A stretch of 64,000 bases of DNA from an uncultured bacterium (GTDB taxonomy: Bacteria; Verrucomicrobiota; Verrucomicrobiia; Limisphaerales; UBA8199), in NCBI GenBank assembly GCA_963749495.1, contig CAVVMW010000018.1:320001-384000 (forward strand), written 5' to 3'. Position 1 is the first letter of the stretch. Every line of letters begins with the position of its first letter. The notes under the pieces were generated by a model. That model ran no database searches. It saw only the letters and a list, made by a program, of their open reading frames with translations, and had not been told where the DNA came from. A program made the position numbers and the translations under genes. This document shows, in pieces, positions 41,741 through 49,429 of the stretch.

Positions 41741-42546
41741 ACGCCCTGAACTCCAAGACCCGCAAATGGCTTTTACTGGCCGTGATCCTGCTCTTGGCCG
41801 GGTCCGGACTCTCGCAGGGCCAGTCCGTTGCGGTCACGATGAGCCTGGATACAAACCAATTGGCTGTCGGCCAAACGACAAAGCTTCACGTGCTCGCCCA
41901 GGTTATTCCCGGTCTGCAGCCCAGTTCCGCGCAGATCTTCTCGTGGTGTGTTGATGTCCTTAATACCAACGGCGCCGTGGCCAGCGCGAATTACGGCGCC
42001 ATGCTCAAGACCGCCTCGGACAATGACCCGCAGACCTCCTCCACCGGCACTGCCGACGGCCCCAATCGCCGCGGCATCTATGACACCTTCCTCAACCTGC
42101 CCGGCGCCGGAGTCACCAACGCGGTCGAACTCATGTCAATCCCCGTCACCGGCGCAGCGGGCGGCACCACCCGGTTTCTGACCCAGGCCGGGACCGGCGT
42201 GCCCATGGATTCGGATTTCCTGGTATTTCCGAATGATGGAGGCGATTTCTATACGGGCGGGGATTACAGCGCGGCAGTTGCGGATCTGACAGTGATCGGT
42301 TCGGCGCCGCCGAGCACGCTCAGACTCAAAATCGCCCGCCTCGCCAACAATGGCCGTCCGGGCGGGACACTGCAGTTGACGTTTACCCCCTCCGCCGGCT
42401 ACACCTACACCGTCGAGTCTCTGGCGGCCTTCGGTAAGACGAACTCCTGGCAGGCCCTGCCAGGCGCACCCCACAATTCCGGCACCGTTATCGTCACCAA
42501 CACAGGCCGTGCCAGTTTCTACCGCGTCCACGCCACGTCGCCTTGA
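41737..42546 (+). CDS. Secreted protein with a cohesin-like beta-sandwich and a Verrucomicrobia-type C-terminal domain
   Basis: ATG 41737 overlaps the giant's TGA (ATGA); signal peptide KTRKWLLLAVILLLAGSGLSQG; MSLDTNQLAVGQTTKLHV..IFSWCVDV..ELMSIPVTGAAGGT; ends YTVES..W..FYRVHATSP. Confidence 0.7.
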   Translation: MNALNSKTRKWLLLAVILLLAGSGLSQGQSVAVTMSLDTNQLAVGQTTKLHVLAQVIPGLQPSSAQIFSWCVDVLNTNGAVASANYGAMLKTASDNDPQTSSTGTADGPNRRGIYDTFLNLPGAGVTNAVELMSIPVTGAAGGTTRFLTQAGTGVPMDSDFLVFPNDGGDFYTGGDYSAAVADLTVIGSAPPSTLRLKIARLANNGRPGGTLQLTFTPSAGYTYTVESLAAFGKTNSWQALPGAPHNSGTVIVTNTGRASFYRVHATSP

Positions 42547-42773
42547 GCCATGCCAAATCCAGGCCGGCAAAGGAGGGGGGCAGAATGACTCTTCAACTGC
42601 AAACCCGCTTTCCTTCGGGGCGCCGGACAAGAGAGTAACCTCGGTTGAAGCGACCAAGGCAGGCGTGGTTTCTTCCCTTCTGTGATTCTATCTATGCGGA
42701 TGCAACCGCAATGAAATGGGGCTGCCCCAATGCCGGCCAACCCCACCCGGGATCGATGAGCGGCTTTCTTTTC

Positions 42774-43000
42774 CGCGTATTCCGCGTATTCCGCGGTTGC
42801 ATTCAGTTCCCATGGCCGTATCGGCCTCGCTCCGCCACGACGCGCTCAATTTGCACCTTCGGATAATGGCCAAAGTTGACCAACAGCCCGAGCTTGAACC
42901 TGGTCGCCTTGAGGTAGTTTTAAATCAGATTGGTTTTCATGGTGGCCGAGGCTAGCAAAGCGCCGAAGAAGAATGAACCGCGGAATACGCGGAATACGCG
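42774..43000. mobile_element. 25-bp perfect inverted repeats enclosing a deleted GxxExxY gene
   Basis: CGCGTATTCCGCGTATTCCGCGGTT (42774-42798) and AACCGCGGAATACGCGGAATACGCG (42976-43000). Confidence 0.7.
42803..42940 (-). pseudogene. GxxExxY (PD-(D/E)XK-like) protein remnant with an internal deletion
   Basis: MKTNLI joined out of frame to NYLKATRFKLGLLVNFGHYPKVQIERVV, the typical C-terminus of the family. Confidence 0.8.
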
Positions 43001-43078
43001 TAAATGAACAGGTCTAATGGTTACTATTTTGTCCCGCGCTCTTTCCTTCGGCCAGAGCTTGCGTTAGATTGACCCTCG

Positions 43079-43369
43079 ATGATCACCTTGCGAACACTCA
43101 CCGAGCGGCGGGCTGACATTATCCGGTTGGCCGAACGGCACCGCGCCGGCGACGCGCGTGTATTTGGCTCGGTCGTGCGCGGGGAAAATACCGAAGCCAG
43201 CGACGTGGACCTGCTCATCACCACGCGGCCCGGGTGTTCGTTGCTCGACTTGGGCGGCTTGCTGGCGGACTTGGAGGACCTGCTGCACTGCCGCGTGGAT
43301 CTTGTGACCGACGACGGCCTTAAGCCGCGCCTGCGTGAACGCGTCCTCCGCGAAGCCGTTCCGCTATGA
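43079..43369 (+). CDS. Minimal nucleotidyltransferase (MNT) antitoxin
   Basis: 96 aa; VFGSVVRGE...SDVDLL, LEDLL..RVDLVT...L. Confidence 0.92.
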   Translation: MITLRTLTERRADIIRLAERHRAGDARVFGSVVRGENTEASDVDLLITTRPGCSLLDLGGLLADLEDLLHCRVDLVTDDGLKPRLRERVLREAVPL

Positions 43370-43507
43370 GGGCCTTCCGCGAAGACATTCTGGTGCATGA
43401 TTATTTTCGCATCAACCACGAGATCGTTCTGGGAAACGGTGGTCGAGCACGTGCCCGCGTTGAAGGAGCAGATTGCTCGAATTCTCAGCCAATTCGCCCC
43501 CGATTAA
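43366..43507 (+). pseudogene. HEPN (DUF86/HepT-like) toxin remnant
   Basis: ATGA overlap with MNT; FREDILVHDYFRINHEIV, then a frameshift to WETVVEHVPALKEQIARIL; the N-terminal half is missing. Confidence 0.82.
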
Positions 43508-43542
43508 CCGCCCTTTTCAGCACTGCTCAGCTCCGCAGGCCA

Positions 43543-43905
43543 TTACGGTGGACGAATGCGGTAGAGGCGCGTCGGATAGCGGGTCCACTCCGGGTCGCTG
43601 AAGCGAAGCGGCGTGCCAGTAATGGTGGTGCTTTCCAAGGGAACCCATGCGCCGGCGGCGAGGTCCGCGCAGGCTTCGACCACGACGGGGTGCCTGGTGC
43701 CCCGGTGATGTCGAAACCGAATTGGCCGTTCCGCAGGCCAAGATACTGGGGCGCCGGGTTCCACGGGAGGGCCGGGCGACCACAGAAAGTCGCGCCCCAG
43801 CCCGTGGTGCCAGGCAGTTAATAGACGGTTGGGTTGGGGCCTGCGGCGAAGCCAATGGAGTCGGCGATTGGGGCATTACCCATGAACACCAGGCTGACGA
43901 GGCTA
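43543..43905 (-). pseudogene. C-terminal remnant of a surface protein (probably BspA-like leucine-rich repeat type)
   Basis: LVFMGNAP...TVY*LPGTTGWGATFCGRP..WNP..GQFGFDITG /frameshift/ VVVEACADL..W.PL..FSDPEWTRYPTRLYRIRPP; in-frame TAA at 43818-43820. Confidence 0.72.
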
Positions 43906-44229
43906 GCCTGGATTTCCACGGAAAACAGTTCGCCTAACACTGGTGCCCGAACAGGGCGGTCTTTGGCCATGCCCCCACACCCCTCGTACGCCTGCCCGCG
44001 CTGTAATAGCGGCCTGTTTCGCCCTCTCCTCCCGTGGCTTTGTTTCGAGCACCAGCTTCCAGAAGGTTAATTAAATAGTGCTCTGATATTTATTGTTGAT
44101 GATTTATACTTGTTTATGTCCCGAAAGCTGCTTCGCCGGTGCCGCCTCACAGCATCCCCAACAAGCCCTGATTTTACGACCAATGTGACGATCCATCCCT
44201 CCACAACCCGTTGCGGCAACAATTCGCGC

Positions 44230-44263
44230 TTGACACCATTCCTTGTATATGACATGCTATATT
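44230..44263 (+). promoter_or_regulatory. Possible sigma70 promoter of the transposase-like fragment
   Basis: TTGACA at 44230-44235; CATGCT at 17-nt spacing, or extended TGcTATATT just before ATG 44265. Confidence 0.35.
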
Positions 44264-44264
44264 C

Positions 44265-44655
44265 ATGGTTTTCAGAAAACCATTTGCGCTCACGGACCCA
44301 CGCGCCTTCTTCCTCGAACCCGCGGTGCCCAAGCACCGCCAATATGAGGCCCTGCGCGCCTACTTCGTCGAGGGCCGCCCCTCCCATGAGGTTGCCCGCG
44401 CCTTCGGCTACTCCCCAGCCTCCTTCCGCGTCCTGTGCTACAGCTTCTGCCACGACCCGCAGCCCGCCTTCTTCCTCACCACCCGCCCCGGCCCCCGGAC
44501 TCAACCCAAGAAGACGGCCGCCCACTCGCTCATCATCGCCCTGCGCAAGCAGAACCACTCGGTCTATGAAATCAGCGCAACGCTCAAAGCCCAAAAGCTC
44601 CTCTTGAGCCCCACCGCCGTACGCGAGGTCCTCAAGGCCCAGGGGGCTTCGCCCG
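44265..44655 (+). pseudogene. N-terminal HTH fragment of a putative transposase
   Basis: HRQYEALRAYFVEG..SHEVARAFGYSPASFRVLC...IIALRKQNHSVYEIS..L...LSPTAVREVLK; recognisable similarity ends at the inverted repeat at 44656. Confidence 0.65.
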
Positions 44656-44911
44656 AAAAGGGGTCGGTTAATGAGATTGATTCTGCTGAAAAACCCCCTT
44701 TTCGATCGAAGGTTGCGATGCTCGACATGGCTCATAGGAACGCCCCGCAATCGAACGGAACCGGCCCCGCGCGGCACGATGGCATCGCTGTTAGACATTT
44801 TTGGTCGAGTCGGGGTTTTTCCGCTCAAAACAGGGGGTTTTTCCGCAGAATCGAGATTGTCATATTAGCACCTTGATCAGAATAGTACATTCTCATTAAC
44901 TGACCCCTTTT
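44656..44911. mobile_element. MITE-like 256-bp element with two nested 21-bp inverted-repeat pairs
   Basis: AAAAGGGGTCGGTTAATGAGA (44656-44676) / TCTCATTAACTGACCCCTTTT (44891-44911), 1 mismatch; GATTCTGCTGAAAAACCCCCT (44679-44699) / AGGGGGTTTTTCCGCAGAATC (44832-44852), 1 mismatch. Confidence 0.65.
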
Positions 44912-45015
44912 TGGACCCGGGTCGATCCGGCGAGGCGCTGGGCTGGGCCAATATCGCCGCTTTCCAGCTCCCGCTCCAAGCGGACAAGCCAATTAGCGTC
45001 CGCGAGTAGTTCCAT
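44896..45015 (-). pseudogene. vapC: Truncated VapC/PIN toxin N-terminus
   Basis: MELLADANWLVRLERELESGDIGPAQRL overlaps the antitoxin end, runs into the inverted repeat and stops after 39 aa. Confidence 0.6.
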
Positions 45016-45196
45016 GCTTGCCCTTTCTGGTGGTTGCCTGGCGACCGAAATAGGCCCTTAAACCGCGTAGATGGTCTCGATGGGCTGGGACAAGGATCTG
45101 CTTCTTGATGACGTCCGAAAAGCTCTCGTTGCCAAACTTATGGCTCTTGAGAATTTCATACGCCTCGCGGTCAATGCTGATGGTCTTGCTCGCCAT
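44993..45196 (-). CDS. vapB: VapB-family antitoxin (DUF217-like)
   Basis: MASKTISIDREAYEILKSHKFGNESFSDVIKK matches the KTISI..EAY..L...K...ESFSDVI pattern. Confidence 0.82.
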   Translation of the reverse strand: MASKTISIDREAYEILKSHKFGNESFSDVIKKQILVPAHRDHLRGLRAYFGRQATTRKGKHGTTRGR

Positions 45197-45287
45197 GCAT
45201 TATATGTCACATAGGCCGGCGCCGAGCCTCAAGCCAAAAGTGAGAGACAGCGAGAAACACGCGGACGAGGGCGTCGGCGCTCCGGCC

Positions 45288-47279
45288 TCAGGCGAAATCA
45301 AGGCCGGCGAAGGAGAGGCTTTCGTCCAGCCAGGTGTCGGCGGCGAGGACGGATTGGCGCTGCTTGAAGGCGTGGTTTTGGGCGCGGCTCTGAGCCAGGG
45401 TGAAGGCGCGATGGGCCAGGCGCTGCCAGCCGGGCAACCGGCTGCGGGCAGCTTGCGAGAGCGCCCCGTGCAGGGCGGCGGGCAGGTAGCGTCGGAGGAT
45501 TTCATCCTCCAGGCTGACGAAGGCCTGCGCGCTGCCAGGGTCACCCTGCCGGGCGGCGCGTCCGTAGAGCTGGCGGTCCACGCGCCCGGACTCATGCCTT
45601 TCGGTGGCCAGGACGTGCAAGCCACCCAGGGCGGCAACGCCCCGGCCCAGCTTGATGTCGGTGCCGCGGCCGGCCATGTTGGTGGCGATGGTGACCCGGC
45701 CCGGCTCGCCTGCAACGGCGATGATGCTCGCCTCTTCCTTGTGGCGCAACGCGTTGAGGACCTTGAACTCGAAGCCGGCGCCGGCCAGCAGCCGGGCGAG
45801 TTTCTCGCTGGCGGCGACGCTCCGGGTGCCGACCAGGACCGGTTGGCCGGTGGCCCGCCGACGGGTGACCTCCTGGGCGACCGCGTGCCATTTCTCGGCC
45901 TCGGTGGTGAATACCCGATCCGGGCATTGCCGGCGCAGGCAAGGGCGGTGGGTGGGGATGCTCACCACCGCCAGTTTGTAGATCTGCCAGAACTCCGGCG
46001 CCGCTTCACGGGCCGTGCCGGTCATGCCCGCCAGCCTGACGAAGCAGCGGAAGAACCTCTGGAAACTCAACCGCGCCATCGTTTCGACCGGGTCGGAGAT
46101 GGCCAAACCCTCCTTGGCCTCGATGGCCTGGTGGAGGCCCTCGCGCCAGGTCCGCTGGGGCATTTGGCGGCCGGTGAATTCATCGACGATGACGACCTTG
46201 CCGTTGGCGATGATGTATTGTTTATCGCGGAGGAACAACTCGCGCGCCGTGAGCGCCTGGCGGATAAGTTCGTCGCGCCGGGCGTGGCCACGCCAAAGCC
46301 CCGGCAGCCCGCCGCAGAGCGCATCGAGTTTGGCGCGGCCGGCGGCCTGCAATTCAATCTCGCGGTAGCGCGGGTTCACCTGGTAGTCGCTGCCGGCTTG
46401 GAGGGAGCCGGCGACCTCGCCGGCCAACCTGACGGCGCCTTCCAGCAAGGAGTTCTTGCGCGGCGCCGAGATGATCAGGGGAGTGACGGCTTCATCGATG
46501 AGCACGCTATCGGCTTCATCCACAAGGGCGGTGTGCAGGCCGCGCATCACCAGGCCGCCGCCTGCGGCTGGGGAGCGCGGCTGGAGCAGTTCACGGATGA
46601 GGCGGCGCGAGGGGTTGGTGAGCGCGCCGAGACGGAGCCGGTCGCGCAGGAAATCCGCCAGGAGTTCCTTGCTGGTGACATAGGTGACATCCGCCTCGTA
46701 GCCTTTCTGCCGGTCCGGCGGGGCCATCGGCGCGGCAACCCAGCCCTCGCGCACGCCGCAAAACCCGTACAAGGGGCGCATCCACGCCGCATCGCGTTCG
46801 ACCAGGTAGTCGTTGACTGTGACAATATGGCAGGGCCGCCTGGTCCAGCCTGCCAGGACGGCGGCAAGGCCCGCGGTCAGGGTCTTGCCCTCGCCGGTGG
46901 CCATCTCGGCCAGGTAACCCCGGTGCAGGGCCAAGGCCCCCATAATCTGGACCAGAAACGGGCGCAGCCCCAGCTTCCGGTCGGCCGCCTCGCGAATTGC
47001 GGCCAGGGCCGGCCTCAATTCCCGGTCCACGTTGCGGCCGCCGCGGCGGAACTGGTCGCGCAATTCCATGAGCCGTTGGTGGAGTTGATAATCGTGCAAG
47101 GCGAGGTACTCGCCGGCCAGGGCGTCAACTTGCTCGGCTTGCTGGCGCAACTGGGCGAGGACTGCCGCGCGACGCTCGTAGAGGCCCATGAGCCGATGGA
47201 CGCCCGCATCCAGGCCCTTGTGCAAAGGGGCTGGCGCGCGGAGATCCAGGCGGCGGCAGTCTTGCGTGGGCGTGTTCAC
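45288..47279 (-). CDS. Secondary short SecA-like DEAD ATPase (lacks most of the C-terminal scaffold/wing region)
   Basis: 663 aa; EMATGEGKT, HIVTVNDYLVERD, VDEADSVLIDEAVTPLIIS, IVDEFTGR, GMTGTA, VTIATNMAGRGTDIKL, ERHESGRVDRQLYGRAARQGDPG; ends about 60 aa after SLED. Confidence 0.92.
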   Translation of the reverse strand: MNTPTQDCRRLDLRAPAPLHKGLDAGVHRLMGLYERRAAVLAQLRQQAEQVDALAGEYLALHDYQLHQRLMELRDQFRRGGRNVDRELRPALAAIREAADRKLGLRPFLVQIMGALALHRGYLAEMATGEGKTLTAGLAAVLAGWTRRPCHIVTVNDYLVERDAAWMRPLYGFCGVREGWVAAPMAPPDRQKGYEADVTYVTSKELLADFLRDRLRLGALTNPSRRLIRELLQPRSPAAGGGLVMRGLHTALVDEADSVLIDEAVTPLIISAPRKNSLLEGAVRLAGEVAGSLQAGSDYQVNPRYREIELQAAGRAKLDALCGGLPGLWRGHARRDELIRQALTARELFLRDKQYIIANGKVVIVDEFTGRQMPQRTWREGLHQAIEAKEGLAISDPVETMARLSFQRFFRCFVRLAGMTGTAREAAPEFWQIYKLAVVSIPTHRPCLRRQCPDRVFTTEAEKWHAVAQEVTRRRATGQPVLVGTRSVAASEKLARLLAGAGFEFKVLNALRHKEEASIIAVAGEPGRVTIATNMAGRGTDIKLGRGVAALGGLHVLATERHESGRVDRQLYGRAARQGDPGSAQAFVSLEDEILRRYLPAALHGALSQAARSRLPGWQRLAHRAFTLAQSRAQNHAFKQRQSVLAADTWLDESLSFAGLDFA

Positions 47280-49426
47280 AACTGGTAGCGTTTCTGCAGC
47301 AGTTGCCGGAGCCGGCGCAGCCAGCCGGACAGCAGCGGTTCGGGCTGCGAGGCGAAGCGGATAACTCCTGAGCGGCCGTGGAGCAGCCGGACCTCCGGCG
47401 TCGGCGCCAGGCTGGCGTGGATCTCAAAGAAGGGTTCCCTGGCTTTCTCAGGTTCATTGGGCGCGACGGGGACTTCTCCGCCGGCAGCCCAGCCCAGCGC
47501 GGGCGAAGGCAGGGTTTGTTGGCCGCCCGGCACGACCTTCCAGCGGGACACTCGCAGGACCAGCCCGGCCTGGCCCTTCAACCGCACCTCGCCCCCGCGA
47601 GGATGCCGGGCGAAGGCCGCGTCGGCGTCCGCCTGGCCGACCGTGGCGACGAATTCAAAACTCTTCGGATTGACCACCAGGCCAAGAGACACACCCCGTT
47701 CGAGGCGGCGGCCCAGGGCGTCCTGAATGCGCGGAGCCACCCAGACGCCGGCATGGCGCGCGCGCAAGGTCAGGGCCGCTTCGTCGGTTCGGAGTTTCTG
47801 CACCTGGCTGGCAAGCGACACCAGACGGCTTTCCAAAGGCTTGAGGTCTGCGTTCGTCCGGCTGAGGGCCTGACGGAAACGGGCCTCGCATTCCTGGGAT
47901 TGGGCCAGGGCATCATCGAGCTGCAACTCCAGTTCCCGGCTGCGCAACTGGAGCAACGGCTGGCCGGCAGACACCGGGCTTCCGGGCGCGGCCAGGAGCT
48001 TCTCGACTACTCCCGCCACGCCGTTGACCACCTCGGTCCGTTCCTCGGCCTGCACAACGCCGGGCGCCCGAAAATGACTCGGAAAGGGAATCACCGCCAA
48101 CAGCCACAGCAACGCCCCGGCCATCCCGGCGGTGACGCCGCATGCGCGCCAACGCACGCGCTGCAGCCTCGGGCTGGCCGCCAGGTAATACACGAACCTG
48201 CCCACCGGCACGCTCACCCAGGAAACCAGGCAGACGCCGGCCATCACGAGCCCCAAGATGAGGAACCGGTCCGCCACGAGCACCAGGACGCCGCCGAACA
48301 CGATGACACGGTAAATGCCGCTGGTGATGCCGAACACTACCAGCCAGACGGCCTCGCGGCGTGTCAGCGCGGGGCTTTGCGACTGCTTGACGCCGAAGAC
48401 ATAGCGTTCCCAGAAATGCCGCAACTCCAGGGCGGCCCGCTGGGACAGGTTCGGAATCTCCAGCAGGTCCGAGAGAATGTAATAGCCGTCGAAACGGAGC
48501 AACGGGTTGGCGTTGAAAATGACGGTGGAAACCGAGGCGACGAACATCATGTTGTAGGCCAGACTGTGGAGGGTGCCCGGGCCCGTCGCCGCCCACACAA
48601 ATGCAGCCAGGGCCGCCACAAAGAGCTCGACCACCATGCCGGCGGCGCCCACCGCCGCCCGTTGCCAGCGGCTGCGCAGCCCCCAGCTCGAGGAGACATC
48701 CGTATAGGGCACCGGCGTGAAGATCATCAGCATGATGCCCATGACGTGGACTTCGCCGCCAAATTTGCGGCAGAACAAGGCGTGGCCGAACTCGTGAAGG
48801 GCCTTGACGATCACCAGCCCGGTGTAGAGCAGCGGCAGGTTTCCCGGGGCCAGCACCCCTTGTCCTTGCACGCGCAGCGTCGGCCAGTTATCCACGACCA
48901 CTTTCAGTGCCAGCCCGACCACCACCGCCCACAGCCCGACGCCTGCCAGGCTGATAAGCGGGCCCAGCACCGGCAAGGCCCGCGCCAGCAACCGGTCCGG
49001 GTCCAGCAAAGGGAACCGCAGGAACATCAGGTTCAGGAGCCTTGCGGTCACCTCGCGCTGGCGCCGTTGCTTGAAGCGCCTGAATAACTGTGCGGCGTCC
49101 ACTGCCTGCTCGTAGTGCAGCAGGTTGGCATAATACAACTGGGAGAGCAGGTGCAGGGCCGCCTCCTGGCCGGGGGCCTCGTCCGGGAACCGCTGCAGGC
49201 ATTGCTCCCAGACCTCCTGCACCGTCCGCTCCGGGCGCAACCGGGCGACAAACGCATAGGCGGCAGGGTGCAGGCGGAAGTACTGGTTGGTGAACGGGTT
49301 TTGCAGCACGATCCAGTGTTCGCCCCGGTAGATCTGCCGTTGCACCTGGACACCCGGGCGCAGATACAACCGCTGGCCGGCTATCCGATACCACGACTCG
49401 CTGAACGTAGCGGGGGCCTCGGCCAT
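47276..49426 (-). CDS. Peptidase M50 (site-2 protease) with an N-terminal PqqD/RRE-like domain and a C-terminal HlyD-type adaptor
   Basis: HEFGH zinc motif, FNANPLLRFDGYYILSD, multiple TM helices; lipoyl/coiled-coil region GVVEKLLAAPGSPVSAGQPLLQL...LRARHAG. Confidence 0.9.
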   Translation of the reverse strand: MAEAPATFSESWYRIAGQRLYLRPGVQVQRQIYRGEHWIVLQNPFTNQYFRLHPAAYAFVARLRPERTVQEVWEQCLQRFPDEAPGQEAALHLLSQLYYANLLHYEQAVDAAQLFRRFKQRRQREVTARLLNLMFLRFPLLDPDRLLARALPVLGPLISLAGVGLWAVVVGLALKVVVDNWPTLRVQGQGVLAPGNLPLLYTGLVIVKALHEFGHALFCRKFGGEVHVMGIMLMIFTPVPYTDVSSSWGLRSRWQRAAVGAAGMVVELFVAALAAFVWAATGPGTLHSLAYNMMFVASVSTVIFNANPLLRFDGYYILSDLLEIPNLSQRAALELRHFWERYVFGVKQSQSPALTRREAVWLVVFGITSGIYRVIVFGGVLVLVADRFLILGLVMAGVCLVSWVSVPVGRFVYYLAASPRLQRVRWRACGVTAGMAGALLWLLAVIPFPSHFRAPGVVQAEERTEVVNGVAGVVEKLLAAPGSPVSAGQPLLQLRSRELELQLDDALAQSQECEARFRQALSRTNADLKPLESRLVSLASQVQKLRTDEAALTLRARHAGVWVAPRIQDALGRRLERGVSLGLVVNPKSFEFVATVGQADADAAFARHPRGGEVRLKGQAGLVLRVSRWKVVPGGQQTLPSPALGWAAGGEVPVAPNEPEKAREPFFEIHASLAPTPEVRLLHGRSGVIRFASQPEPLLSGWLRRLRQLLQKRYQL

Positions 49427-49429
49427 AAC

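Noticed and set aside
42585..42638. 17-codon ORF after an AGGAGG-like site
   Set aside because: Too short and unsupported to call
43366..43821. 151-aa ORF as an intact toxin gene
   Set aside because: Only about the first 20 codons are HEPN-like; the rest is out-of-frame read-through
44265..44876. 203-aa ORF as a complete protein
   Set aside because: The last ~70 aa derive from the inverted-repeat element
45288..47279. Housekeeping secA
   Set aside because: Too short, lacks the C-terminal domains and sits in an accessory export operon
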